Notes under the pieces: model-generated | What the model saw: only the letters and a program-made list of their open reading frames with translations | Databases searched by the model: none | Told to the model about the DNA's origin: nothing | NCBI GenBank assembly: GCA_043228905.1 | Contig: JBHGNT010000156.1 | Location: 307-64,306 of the forward strand | Length of the DNA stretch: 64,000 nucleotides | Reading direction: 5' to 3' | Origin: Azolla caroliniana | Lineage: Eukaryota; Plantae; Polypodiophyta | Program-made: the position numbers and the translations under genes | In this document: piece by piece, positions 40,101 through 52,600 of the stretch | Position numbering within the stretch: position 1 is the stretch's first letter | Layout: the number at the start of each line of letters is the position of its first letter

Positions 40101-41815
40101 TACTCAAGGGTTCCTCTCAACTCACTCCTCAAATTTGGTAATTTCATCATGTCTCTCGACCTTAGTTTCAAAATCTTGATTTGTTAATTCCATATCATAG
40201 CTAGCGTTGTTAGCTTCGATTCGCATGTTTGAACACAAAAATCCGATATCACACGAGCCAGGTATGAACATTTTAATTTACTCAAGGGCTCCTCTCAACT
40301 CACTACTCATGTTTGCTAATTTCGTCATGTCTCTCGACCTGAGTTTCAAAATCTTGATTTTTGAATTCCATATCATAGCTAGCGTTGTTAGCTTCGATTC
40401 GCATGTTTGAACACAAAAATCCGATATCACACGAGCCAGGTATGAACATTTTAATTTACTCAAGGGCTGCTCTCAACTCACTACTCATGTTTGCTAATTT
40501 CGTCATGTCTCTCGACCTGAATTTCAAAATCTTGATTTTTGAATTCCATATCATAGCTAGCGTTGGTAGATTTGATTCGCATGTTTGAACACAAAAATCC
40601 GATATCACACGAGCCAGGTATGAACATTTTAATTTACTCAAGCGCTCCTCTCAACTCACTACTCATGTTTGCTAATTTCGTTATGTCTCTCGACCTGAGT
40701 TTGAAAATCTTGATTTATAAATTCCATATCATAGCTAGCGTTGTTATCTTCGATTCGCATGTTTGAACACAAAAATCTGATATCACACGAGCCAGGTATG
40801 AACATTTTAATTTACTCAAGCGCTCCTCTCAACTCACTACTCATGTTTGCTAATTTCGTCATGTCTCTCGACCTGAGTTTCAAAATCTTGATTTTTGAAT
40901 TCCATATCATAGCTAGGGTTGTTAGCTTCGATTCGCATGTTTGGACACAAAAATCCGATATCACACGAGCCAGGTATGAACATTTTAATTTACTCAAGGG
41001 CTGCTCTCAACTCACTCCTCAAATTTGGTAATTTCATCATGTCTCTCGACCTGAGTTTCAAAATCTTGATTTATTAATTCCATATCATAGCTACCGTTGT
41101 TAGCTTTGATTCGCATGTTTGAACACAAAAATCCGATATTACACGAGCCAGATATGAACATTTTAAGTTACTCAAGGGCTCCTCTCAGCTCACTCCTCAA
41201 ATTTGGTAATGTCATCATGTCTCTCGACCTGAGTTTCAAAATCTTGATTTATTAATTCCATATCATAGCTAGCGTTGGTAGCTTTGATTCGCATGTTTGA
41301 ACACAAAAATCCGATATCACACGAGCGAGGTATGAACATTTTAATTTACTCAAGCGCTCCTCTCAACTCACTACTCATGTTTGCTAATTTCGTCATGTCT
41401 CTCGACCTGAGTTTCAAAATCTTGATTTTTTAATTCAATATCATAGCTAGGGTTGTTAGCTTCGATTCGCATGTTTGGACACAAAAAGCCGATATCACAC
41501 GAGCCAGGTATGAACATTTTAATTTACTCAAGGGCTCCTCTCAACTCCCTCCTCAAGTTTGCTAATTTCCTCACGTGTATCGAACTCAGTTTCAAAATCT
41601 TGATTTTTTAATTTCACATCATAGCTAGCGTTGTTAGCTTCGATTTTCATGTTTGAACAGAGAAATCCGATATGACACGATCCAGGTATGAACATTTTAA
41701 TTTATCTACTAGCTCTTCTCAACTCACTCCTCAAATTCTGTAATTTCGTCATGTCTCTTGACCTGAGTTTCAAAATCGTGACTTTTTAATTCCATATCAT
41801 AGCTAGGGTTGTTAG

Positions 41816-44800
41816 CTTCGATTCGCATGTTTGAACACAAAAATCCGATATCACACGAGCCAGGTATGAACATTTTAATTTACTCAAGGGCTCCTCTCAA
41901 CTCCCTCCTCAAGTTTGATAATTTCGTCATGTCTCTTGACCTGAGTTTCAAAATCTTGATTTTTGAATCCCATATCATAGCTAGCGTTATTAGCTTAGTT
42001 TCGGATATTTGAACACATAAATCCGATATGACACGAGACAGGTATGAACATTTTAATTTACATACGAGCTCTTCTCAACTCACTCCTCAAATTTGGTAAT
42101 TTCGTCATGTCTCTCGACTTGAGTTTCAAAATCTTGAGTTTTTAATTCAATATCATAGCTAGCGTTGTTAGCTTCGATTCGCATGTTTGAACACAAAAAT
42201 CCGATATGACACGAGCCAGGTATGAACATTTTAATTTACTCACGGGCTCCTCTCAACTCACTCCTCAAATTTGGTAATTTCGTCATGTCTCTCGACCTGA
42301 GTTTCAAAATCTTGAGTTTTTAATTCAATATCATCGCTAGCGTTGTTAGCTTCGATTCGCATGTTTTGAACACAAAAATCCGATATCACACGATCCAGGT
42401 ATGAACATTTTAATTTACTCAAGGGCTCCTCTCAGCTCACTCCTCAAATTTGGTAATTTCATCATGTCTCTCGACCTGAGTTTCAAAATCTTGATTTTTG
42501 AATTCCATATCATAGCTAGCGTTGTTAGCTTCGATTCGCATGTTTGAACACAAAAATCGGATATTACACAAGCCAGGTATGAACATTTTAATTTACTCAA
42601 GGGCTCCTCTCAACTCACTACTCATGTTTGCTAATTTCGTCATGTCTCTCGACCTGAGTTTCAAAATCTTGATTTTTGAATTCCATATCATAGCTAGCGT
42701 TGGTAGCTTCGATTCGCATGTTTGAACACAAAAATCCGATATCACACGAGCCAGGTATGAACATTTTAATTTACATACGAGCTCTTCTCAACTCACTACT
42801 CAAATTTGGTAATTTCGTCATGTCTCTCGACCTGAGTTTCAAAATCTTGATTTTTTAATTCCATATCATAGCTAGCGTTGTTAGCTTCGATTCGCATGTT
42901 TGAACACAAAAATCGGATATCACACGAGCTAGGTATGAACATTTTAATTTACTCAAGCGCTCCTCTCAACTCACTCCTCAAATTTGGTAATTTCGTCATG
43001 TCTCTCGACCTGAGTTTCAAAATCTTGAGTTTTTAATTCAATATCATAGCTAGCGTTGTTAGCTTCGATTCGCATGTTTGAACACAAAAATCCGATATGA
43101 CACGAGCCAGGTATGAACATTTTAATTTACTCACGGGCTCCTCTCAACTCACTCCTCAAATTTGGTAATTTCGTCATGTCTCTCGACCTGAGTTTCAAAA
43201 TCTTGATTTTTCAATTCCATATCATCGCTAGCGTTGTTAGCTTCGATTCGCATGTTTGAACACAAAAATCCGATATCACACGATCCAGGTATGAACATTT
43301 TAATTTACTCAAGGGCTCCTCTCAGCTCACTCCTCAAATTTGGTAATTTCATCATGTCTCTCGACCTGAGTATCAAAATCTTGATTTTTGAATTCCATAT
43401 CATAGCTAGCGTTGTTAGCTTCGATTCGCATGTTTGAACACAAAAATCCGATATCACACGAGCCAGGTATGAACATTTTAATTTACTCAAGGGCTCCTCT
43501 CAACTCACTACTCATGTTTGCTAATTTCGTCATGTCTCTCGACCTGAGTTTCAAAATCTTGATTTTTGAATTCCATATCATAGCTAGCGTTGGTAGCTTC
43601 GATTCGCATGTTTGAACACAAAAATCCGATATCACACGAGCCAGGTATGAACATTTTAATTTACTCAAGCGCTCCTCTCAACTCACTCCTCAAATTTGGT
43701 AATTTCGTCATGTCTCTCGACCTGAGTTTCAAAATCTTGAGTTTTTAATTCAATATCATAGCTAGCGTTGTTAGCTTCGATTCGCATGTTTGAACACAAA
43801 AATCCGATATGACACGAGCCAGGTATGAACATTTTAATTTACTCACGGGCTCCTCTCAACTCACTCCTCAAATTTGGTAATTTCGTCATGTCTCTCGACC
43901 TGAGTTTCAAAATCTTGATTTTTCAATTCCATATCATCGCTAGCGTTGTTAGCTTCGATTCGCATGTTTGAACACAAAAATCCGATATCACACGATCCAG
44001 GTATGAACATTTTAATTTACTCAAGGGCTCCTCTCAGCTCACTCCTCAAATTTGGTAATTTCATCATGTCTCTCGACCTGAGTATCAAAATCTTGATTTT
44101 TGAATTCCATATCATAGCTAGCGTTGTTAGCTTCGATTCGCATGTTTGAACACAAAAATCCGATATCACACGAGCCAGGTATGAACATTTTAATTTACTC
44201 AAGGGCTCCTCTCAACTCACTACTCATGTTTGCTAATTTCGTCATGTCTCTCGACCTGAGTTTCAAAATCTTGATTTTTGAATTCCATATCATAGCTAGC
44301 GTTGGTAGCTTCGATTCGCATGTTTGAACACAAAAATCCGATATCACACGAGCCAGGTATGAACATTTTAATTTACTCAAGGGCTGCTCTCAACTCACTA
44401 CTCATGTTTGCTAATTTCGTCATGTCTCTCGACCTAAGTTTCAAAATCTTGATTTTTGAATTCCATAACATAGGTAGCGTTGTTAGCTTCGATTCGCATG
44501 TTTGAACACAAAAAGCCGATATCACACGAGCCAGATATGACCATTTTAATTTACTCAAGGGCTCCTCTTAGCTCACTCCTCAAATTTGGTAATTTCATCA
44601 TGTCTCTCGACCTGAGTTTCAAAATCTTGATTTTTGAATTCCAAATAATAGCTAGCGTTGTTAGCTTCGATTCGCATGTTTGAACACAAAAGCGGATATC
44701 ACACGAGCCAGGTATGAACATTTTAATTTACTCAAGGGCTCCTCTCAACTCACTACTCATGTTTGGTAATTTCATCATGTCTCTCGACCTGAGTTTCAAA

Positions 44801-47800
44801 ATCTTGATTTATTAATTCCATATCATAACTAGCGTTGTTACCTTCGATTCGCATGTTTGAACACAAAAATCCGATATCACACGAGCCAGGTATGAACATT
44901 TTAATTTACTCAAGGGCTCCTCTCAACTCCCTCCTCAAGTTTGATAATTTCGTCATGTCTCTTGACCTGAGTTTCAAAATCTTGATTTTTGAATCCCATA
45001 TCATAGCTAGCGTTATTAGCTTAGTTTCGGATATTTGAACACATAAATCCGATATGACACGAGACAGGTATGAACATTTTAATTTACATACGAGCTCTTC
45101 TCAACTCACTCCTCAAATTTGGTAATTTCGTCATGTCTCTCGACCTGAGTTTCAAAATCTTGAGTTTTTAATTCAATATCATAGCTAGCGTTGTTAGCTT
45201 CGATTCGCATGTTTGAACACAAAAATCCGATATGACACGAGCCAGGTATGAACATTTTAATTTACTCACGGGCTCCTCTCAACTCACTCCTCAAATTTGG
45301 TAATTTCGTCATGTCTCTCGACCTGAGTTTCAAAATCTTGAGTTTTTAATTCAATATCATCGCTAGCGTTGTTAGCTTCGATTCGCATGTTTTGAACACA
45401 AAAATCCGATATCACACGATCCAGGTATGAACATTTTAATTTACTCAAGGGCTCCTCTCAGCTCACTCCTCAAATTTGGTAATTTCATCATGTCTCTCGA
45501 CCTGAGTTTCAAAATCTTGATTTTTGAATTCCATATCATAGCTAGCGTTGTTAGCTTCGATTCGCATGTTTGAACACAAAAATCGGATATTACACAAGCC
45601 AGGTATGAACATTTTAATTTACTCAAGGGCTCCTCTCAACTCACTACTCATGTTTGCTAATTTCGTCATGTCTCTCGACCTGAGTTTCAAAATCTTGATT
45701 TTTGAATTCCATATCATAGCTAGCGTTGGTAGCTTCGATTCGCATGTTTGAACACAAAAATCCGATATCACACGAGCCAGGTATGAACATTTTAATTTAC
45801 ATACGAGCTCTTCTCAACTCACTACTCAAATTTGGTAATTTCGTCATGTCTCTCGACCTGAGTTTCAAAATCTTGATTTTTTAATTCCATATCATAGCTA
45901 GCGTTGTTAGCTTCGATTCGCATGTTTGAACACAAAAATCGGATATCACACGAGCTAGGTATGAACATTTTAATTTACTCAAGCGCTCCTCTCAACTCAC
46001 TCCTCAAATTTGGTAATTTCGTCATGTCTCTCGACCTGAGTTTCAAAATCTTGAGTTTTTAATTCAATATCATAGCTAGCGTTGTTAGCTTCGATTCGCA
46101 TGTTTGAACACAAAAATCCGATATGACACGAGCCAGGTATGAACATTTTAATTTACTCACGGGCTCCTCTCAACTCACTCCTCAAATTTGGTAATTTCGT
46201 CATGTCTCTCGACCTGAGTTTCAAAATCTTGATTTTTCAATTCCATATCATCGCTAGCGTTGTTAGCTTCGATTCGCATGTTTGAACACAAAAATCCGAT
46301 ATCACACGATCCAGGTATGAACATTTTAATTTACTCAAGGGCTCCTCTCAGCTCACTCCTCAAATTTGGTAATTTCATCATGTCTCTCGACCTGAGTATC
46401 AAAATCTTGATTTTTGAATTCCATATCATAGCTAGCGTTGTTAGCTTCGATTCGCATGTTTGAACACAAAAATCCGATATCACACGAGCCAGGTATGAAC
46501 ATTTTAATTTACTCAAGGGCTCCTCTCAACTCACTACTCATGTTTGCTAATTTCGTCATGTCTCTCGACCTGAGTTTCAAAATCTTGATTTTTGAATTCC
46601 ATATCATAGCTAGCGTTGGTAGCTTCGATTCGCATGTTTGAACACAAAAATCCGATATCACACGAGCCAGGTATGAACATTTTAATTTACTCAAGGGCTG
46701 CTCTCAACTCACTACTCATGTTTGCTAATTTCGTCATGTCTCTCGACCTAAGTTTCAAAATCCTGATTTTTGAATTCCATAACATAGGTAGCGTTGTTAG
46801 CTTCGATTCGCATGTTTGAACACAAAAAGCCGATATCACACGAGCCAGATATGACCATTTTAATTTACTCAAGGGCTCCTCTTAGCTCACTCCTCAAATT
46901 TGGTAATTTCATCATGTCTCTCGACCTGAGTTTCAAAATCTTGATTTTTGAATTCCAAATAATAGCTAGCGTTGTTAGCTTCGATTCGCATGTTTGAACA
47001 CAAAAGCGGATATCACACGAGCCAGGTATGAACATTTTAATTTACTCAAGGGCTCCTCTCAACTCACTACTCATGTTTGGTAATTTCATCATGTCTCTCG
47101 ACCTGAGTTTCAAAATCTTGATTTATTAATTCCATATCATAACTAGCGTTGTTACCTTCGATTCGCATGTTTGAACACAAAAATCCGATATCACACGAGC
47201 CAGGTATGAACATTTTAATTTACTCAAGGGCTCCTCTCAACTCCCTCCTCAAGTTTGATAATTTCGTCATGTCTCTTGACCTGAGTTTCAAAATCTTGAT
47301 TTTTGAATCCCATATCATAGCTAGCGTTATTAGCTTAGTTTCGGATATTTGAACACATAAATCCGATATGACACGAGACAGGTATGAACATTTTAATTTA
47401 CATACGAGCTCTTCTCAACTCACTCCTCAAATTTGGTAATTTCGTCATGTCTCTCGACCTGAGTTTCAAAATCTTGAGTTTTTAATTCAATATCATAGCT
47501 AGCGTTGTTAGCTTCGATTCGCATGTTTGAACACAAAAATCCGATATGACACGAGCCAGGTATGAACATTTTAATTTACTCACGGGCTCCTCTCAACTCA
47601 CTCCTCAAATTTGGTAATTTCGTCATGTCTCTCGACCTGAGTTTCAAAATCTTGAGTTTTTAATTCAATATCATCGCTAGCGTTGTTAGCTTCGATTCGC
47701 ATGTTTTGAACACAAAAATCCGATATCACACGATCCAGGTATGAACATTTTAATTTACTCAAGGGCTCCTCTCAGCTCACTCCTCAAATTTGGTAAGTTC

Positions 47801-49379
47801 ATCATGTCTCTCGACCTGAGTTTCAAAATCTTGATTTTTGAATTCCATATCATAGCTAGCGTTGTTAGCTTCGATTCGCATGTTTGAACACAAAAATCGG
47901 ATATTACACAAGCCAGGTATGAACATTTTAATTTACTCAAGGGCTCCTCTCAACTCACTACTCATGTTTGCTAATTTCGTCATGTCTCTCGACCTGAGTT
48001 TCAAAATCTTGATTTTTGAATTCCATATCATAGCTAGCGTTGGTAGCTTCGATTCGCATGTTTGAACACAAAAATCCGATATCACACGAGCCAGGTATGA
48101 ACATTTTAATTTACATACGAGCTCTTCTCAACTCACTACTCAAATTTGGTAATTTCGTCATGTCTCTCGACCTGAGTTTCAAAATCTTGATTTTTTAATT
48201 CCATATCATAGCTAGCGTTGTTAGCTTCGATTCGCATGTTTGAACACAAAAATCGGATATCACACGAGCTAGGTATGAACATTTTAATTTACTCAAGCGC
48301 TCCTCTCAACTCACTCCTCAAATTTGGTAATTTCGTCATGTCTCTCGACCTGAGTTTCAAAATCTTGAGTTTTTAATTCAATATCATAGCTAGCGTTGTT
48401 AGCTTCGATTCGCATGTTTGAACACAAAAATCCGATATGACACGAGCCAGGTATGAACATTTTAATTTACTCACGGGCTCCTCTCAACTCACTCCTCAAA
48501 TTTGGTAATTTCGTCATGTCTCTCGACCTGAGTTTCAAAATCTTGATTTTTCAATTCCATATCATCGCTAGCGTTGTTAGCTTCGATTCGCATGTTTGAA
48601 CACAAAAATCCGATATCACACGATCCAGGTATGAACATTTTAATTTACTCAAGGGCTCCTCTCAGCTCACTCCTCAAATTTGGTAATTTCATCATGTCTC
48701 TCGACCTGAGTATCAAAATCTTGATTTTTGAATTCCATATCATAGCTAGCGTTGTTAGCTTCGATTCGCATGTTTGAACACAAAAATCCGATATCACACG
48801 AGCCAGGTATGAACATTTTAATTTACTCAAGGGCTGCTCTCAACTCACTACTCATGTTTGCTAATTTCGTCATGTCTCTCGACCTAAGTTTCAAAATCTT
48901 GATTTTTGAATTCCATAACATAGGTAGCGTTGTTAGCTTCGATTCGCATGTTTGAACACAAAAAGCCGATATCACACGAGCCAGATATGACCATTTTAAT
49001 TTACTCAAGGGCTCCTCTTAGCTCACTCCTCAAATTTGGTAATTTCATCATGTCTCTCGACCTGAGTTTCAAAATCTTGATTTTTGAATTCCAAATAATA
49101 GCTAGCGTTGTTAGCTTCGATTCGCATGTTTGAACACAAAAGCGGATATCACACGAGCCAGGTATGAACATTTTAATTTACTCAAGGGCTCCTCTCAACT
49201 CACTACTCATGTTTGGTAATTTCATCATGTCTCTCGACCTGAGTTTCAAAATCTTGATTTATTAATTCCATATCATAACTAGCGTTGTTACCTTCGATTC
49301 GCATGTTTGAACACAAAAATCCGATATCACACGAGCCAGGTATGAACATTTTAATTTACTCAAGGGCTCCTCTCAACTC
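41816..49379. repeat. 13-monomer HOR in three copies of 17, 13 and 12 monomers
   Basis: Marker gttattagcttagtttcggatatttg near 41990, 45015 and 47330 (offsets 3026 and 2314). Copy 1 has an internal 4-mer duplication (43234/43946). Copy 3 lacks one monomer (47006 to 49142 = 2136). Confidence 0.9.
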
Positions 49380-49659
49380 ACTACTCATGTTTGCTAATTT
49401 CGTCATGTCTCTCGACCTGAGTTTCAAAATCTTGATTTATTAATTCCATATCATAGCTAGCGTTGTTACCTTCGATTCGCATGTTTGAACACAAAAATCC
49501 GATATCACACGAGCCAGGTATGAACATTTTAATTTACTCAAGGGCTCCTCTCAACTCACTACTCATGTTTGCTAATTTCGTCATGTCTCTCGACCTGAGT
49601 TTCAAAATCTTGATTTATTAATTCCATATCATAGCTAGCGTTGAACATGTTTGATAGCG

Positions 49660-52600
49660 CTTCGATTCGCATGTTTGAACACAAAAATCCGATATCACAC
49701 GAGCCAGGTATGAACATTTTAATTTACTCAAGCGCTCCTCTCAACTCACTACTCATATTTGCTAATTTCGTCATGTCTCTTGACCTGAGTTTCAAAATCT
49801 TGATTTTCTAATTCCATATCATAGCTAGCGTTGTTAGCTTCGATTCGCATGTTTGAACACAAAAATCCGATATCACACGAGCCAGGTATGAACATTTTAA
49901 TTTACTCAAGGGCTGCTCTCAACTCACTCCTCATGTTTGCTAATTTCGTCATGTCTCTCGACCTGAGTTTGAAAATCTTGATTTTTGAATTCCATATCAT
50001 AGCTAGGGTTGTTAGCTTTGATTCGCATGTTTGAACACAAAAATCCGATATCACACGAGCCAGGTATGAACATTTTAATTTACTCAAGGGCTGCTCTCAA
50101 CTCACTCCTCAAATTTGGTAATTTCATCATGTCTCTCGACCTGAGTTTCAAAATCTTGATTTTTGAATTCCATATCATAGCTAGCGTTGTTAGCTTCGAT
50201 TCGCATGTTTGAACACAAAAATTCGATATCACACGAGCCAGGTATGAACATTTTAATTTACTCAAGGGCTCCTCTCAACTCACTACTCATGTTTGCTAAT
50301 TTCGTCATGTCTCTCGACCTGAGTTTCAAAATCTTGATTTATTAATTCCATATCATAGCTAGCGTTGGTAGCTTCGATTCGCATGTTTGAACACAAAAAT
50401 CCGATATCACACGAGCCAGGTATGAACATTTTAATTTACTCAAGGGCTCCTCTCAACTCACTACTCATGTTTGCTAATTTCGTCATGTCTCTCGACCTGA
50501 GTTTCAAAATCTTGATTTTCTAATTCCATATCATAGCTAGCGTTGTTAGCTTCGATTCGCATGTTTGAACACAAAAATCCGATATCACACGAGCCAGGTA
50601 TGAACATTTTAATTTACTCAAGCGCTCCTCTCAACTCACTACTCATGTTTGCTAATTTCGTCATGTCTCTCGACCTGATTTTCAAAATCTTGATTTTTGA
50701 ATTCCATATCATAGCTAGCGTTGTTAGCTTCGATTCGCATGTTTGAACACAAAAATCCGATATCACACGAGCCAGGTATGAACATTTTAATTTACTCAAG
50801 CGCTCCTCTCAACTCACTACTCATATTTGCTAATTTCGTCATGTCTCTCGACCTGAGTTTCAAAATCTTGATTTTCTAATTCCATATCATAGCTAGCGTT
50901 GTTAGCTTCGATTCGCATGTTTGAACACAAAAATCCGATATCACACGAGCCAGGTATGAACATTTTAATTTACTCAAGCGCTCCTCTCAACTCACTACTC
51001 ATGTTTGCTAATTTCGTCATGTCTCTCGACCTGAATTTCAAAATCTTGATTTTTGAATTCCATATCATAGCTAGCGATGGTAGCTTTGATTCGCATGTTT
51101 GAACACAAAAATCCGATATCACACGAGCCAGGTATGAACATTTTAATTTACTCAAGCGCTCCTCTCAACTCACTCCTCATGTTTGCTAATTTCGTCATGT
51201 CTCTCGACCTGAGTTTGAAAATCTTGATTTTTGAATTCCATATCATAGCTAGGGTTGTTAGCTTTGATTCGCATGTTTGAACACAAAAATCCGATATCAC
51301 ACGAGCCAGGTATGAACATTTTAATTTACTCAAGGGCTGCTCTCAACTCACTCCTCAAATTTGGTAATTTCATCATGTCTCTCGACCTGAGTTTCAAAAT
51401 CTTGATTTTTGAATTCCATATCATAGCTAGCGTTGTTAGCTTCGATTCGCATGTTTGAACACAAAAATCCGATATCACACGAGCCAGGTATGAACATTTT
51501 AATTTACTCAAGGGCTCCTCTCAACTCACTACTCATGTTTGCTAATTTCGTCATGTCTCTCGACCTGAGTTTCAAAATCTTGATTTATTAATTCCATATC
51601 ATAGCTAGCGTTGGTAGCTTCGATTCGCATGTTTGAACACAAAAATCCGATATCACACGAGCCAGGTATGAACATTTTAATTTACTCAAGGGCTCCTCTC
51701 AACTCACTACTCATGTTTGCTAATTTCGTCATGTCTCTCGACCTGAGTTTCAAAATCTTGATTTTTGAATTCCATATCATAGCTAGCGTTGTTAGCTTCG
51801 ATTCGCATGTTTGAACACAAAAATCCGATATCACACGAGCCAGGTATGAACATTTTAATTTACTCAAGCGCTCCTCTCAACTCACTACTCATATTTGCTA
51901 ATTTCGTCATGTCTCTCGACCTGAGTTTCAAAATCTTGATTTTCTAATTCCATATCATAGCTAGCGTTGTTAGCTTCGATTCGCATGTTTGAACACAAAA
52001 ATCCGATATCACACGAGCCAGGTATGAACATTTTAATTTACTCAAGGGCTGCTCTCAACTCACTACTCATGTTTGCTAATTTCGTCATGTCTCTCGACCT
52101 GAATTTCAAAATCTTGATTTTTGAATTCCATATCATAGCTAGCGTTGGTAGCTTTGATTCGCATGTTTGAACACAAATATCCGATATCACACGAGCCAGG
52201 TATGAACATTTTAATTTACTCAAGCGCTCCTCTCAACTCACTCCTCATGTTTGCTAATTTCGTCATGTCTCTCGACCTGAGTTTCAAAATCTTGATTTTT
52301 GAATTCCATATCATAGCTAGGGTTGTTAGCTTTGATTCGCATGTTTGAACACAAAAATCCGATATCACACGAGCCAGGTATGAACATTTTAATTTACTCA
52401 AGGGATCCTCTCAACTCACTACTCATGTTTGCTAATTTCGTCATGTCTCTCCACCTGAGTTTCAAAATCTTGATTTTTGAATTCCATATCATAGCTAGCG
52501 TTGTTAGCTTCGATTCGCATGTTTGAACACAAAAATCCGATATCACACGAGCCAGGTATGAACATTTTAATTTACTCAAGGGCTCCTCTCAACTCACTAC

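Noticed and set aside
41816-49379. The 17+13+12 = 42 total matching the 42-mer and the 43-mer offset, suggesting a preferred 7.5-kb unit
   Set aside because: The domains differ in content and many other offsets occur, so this is most likely coincidence.
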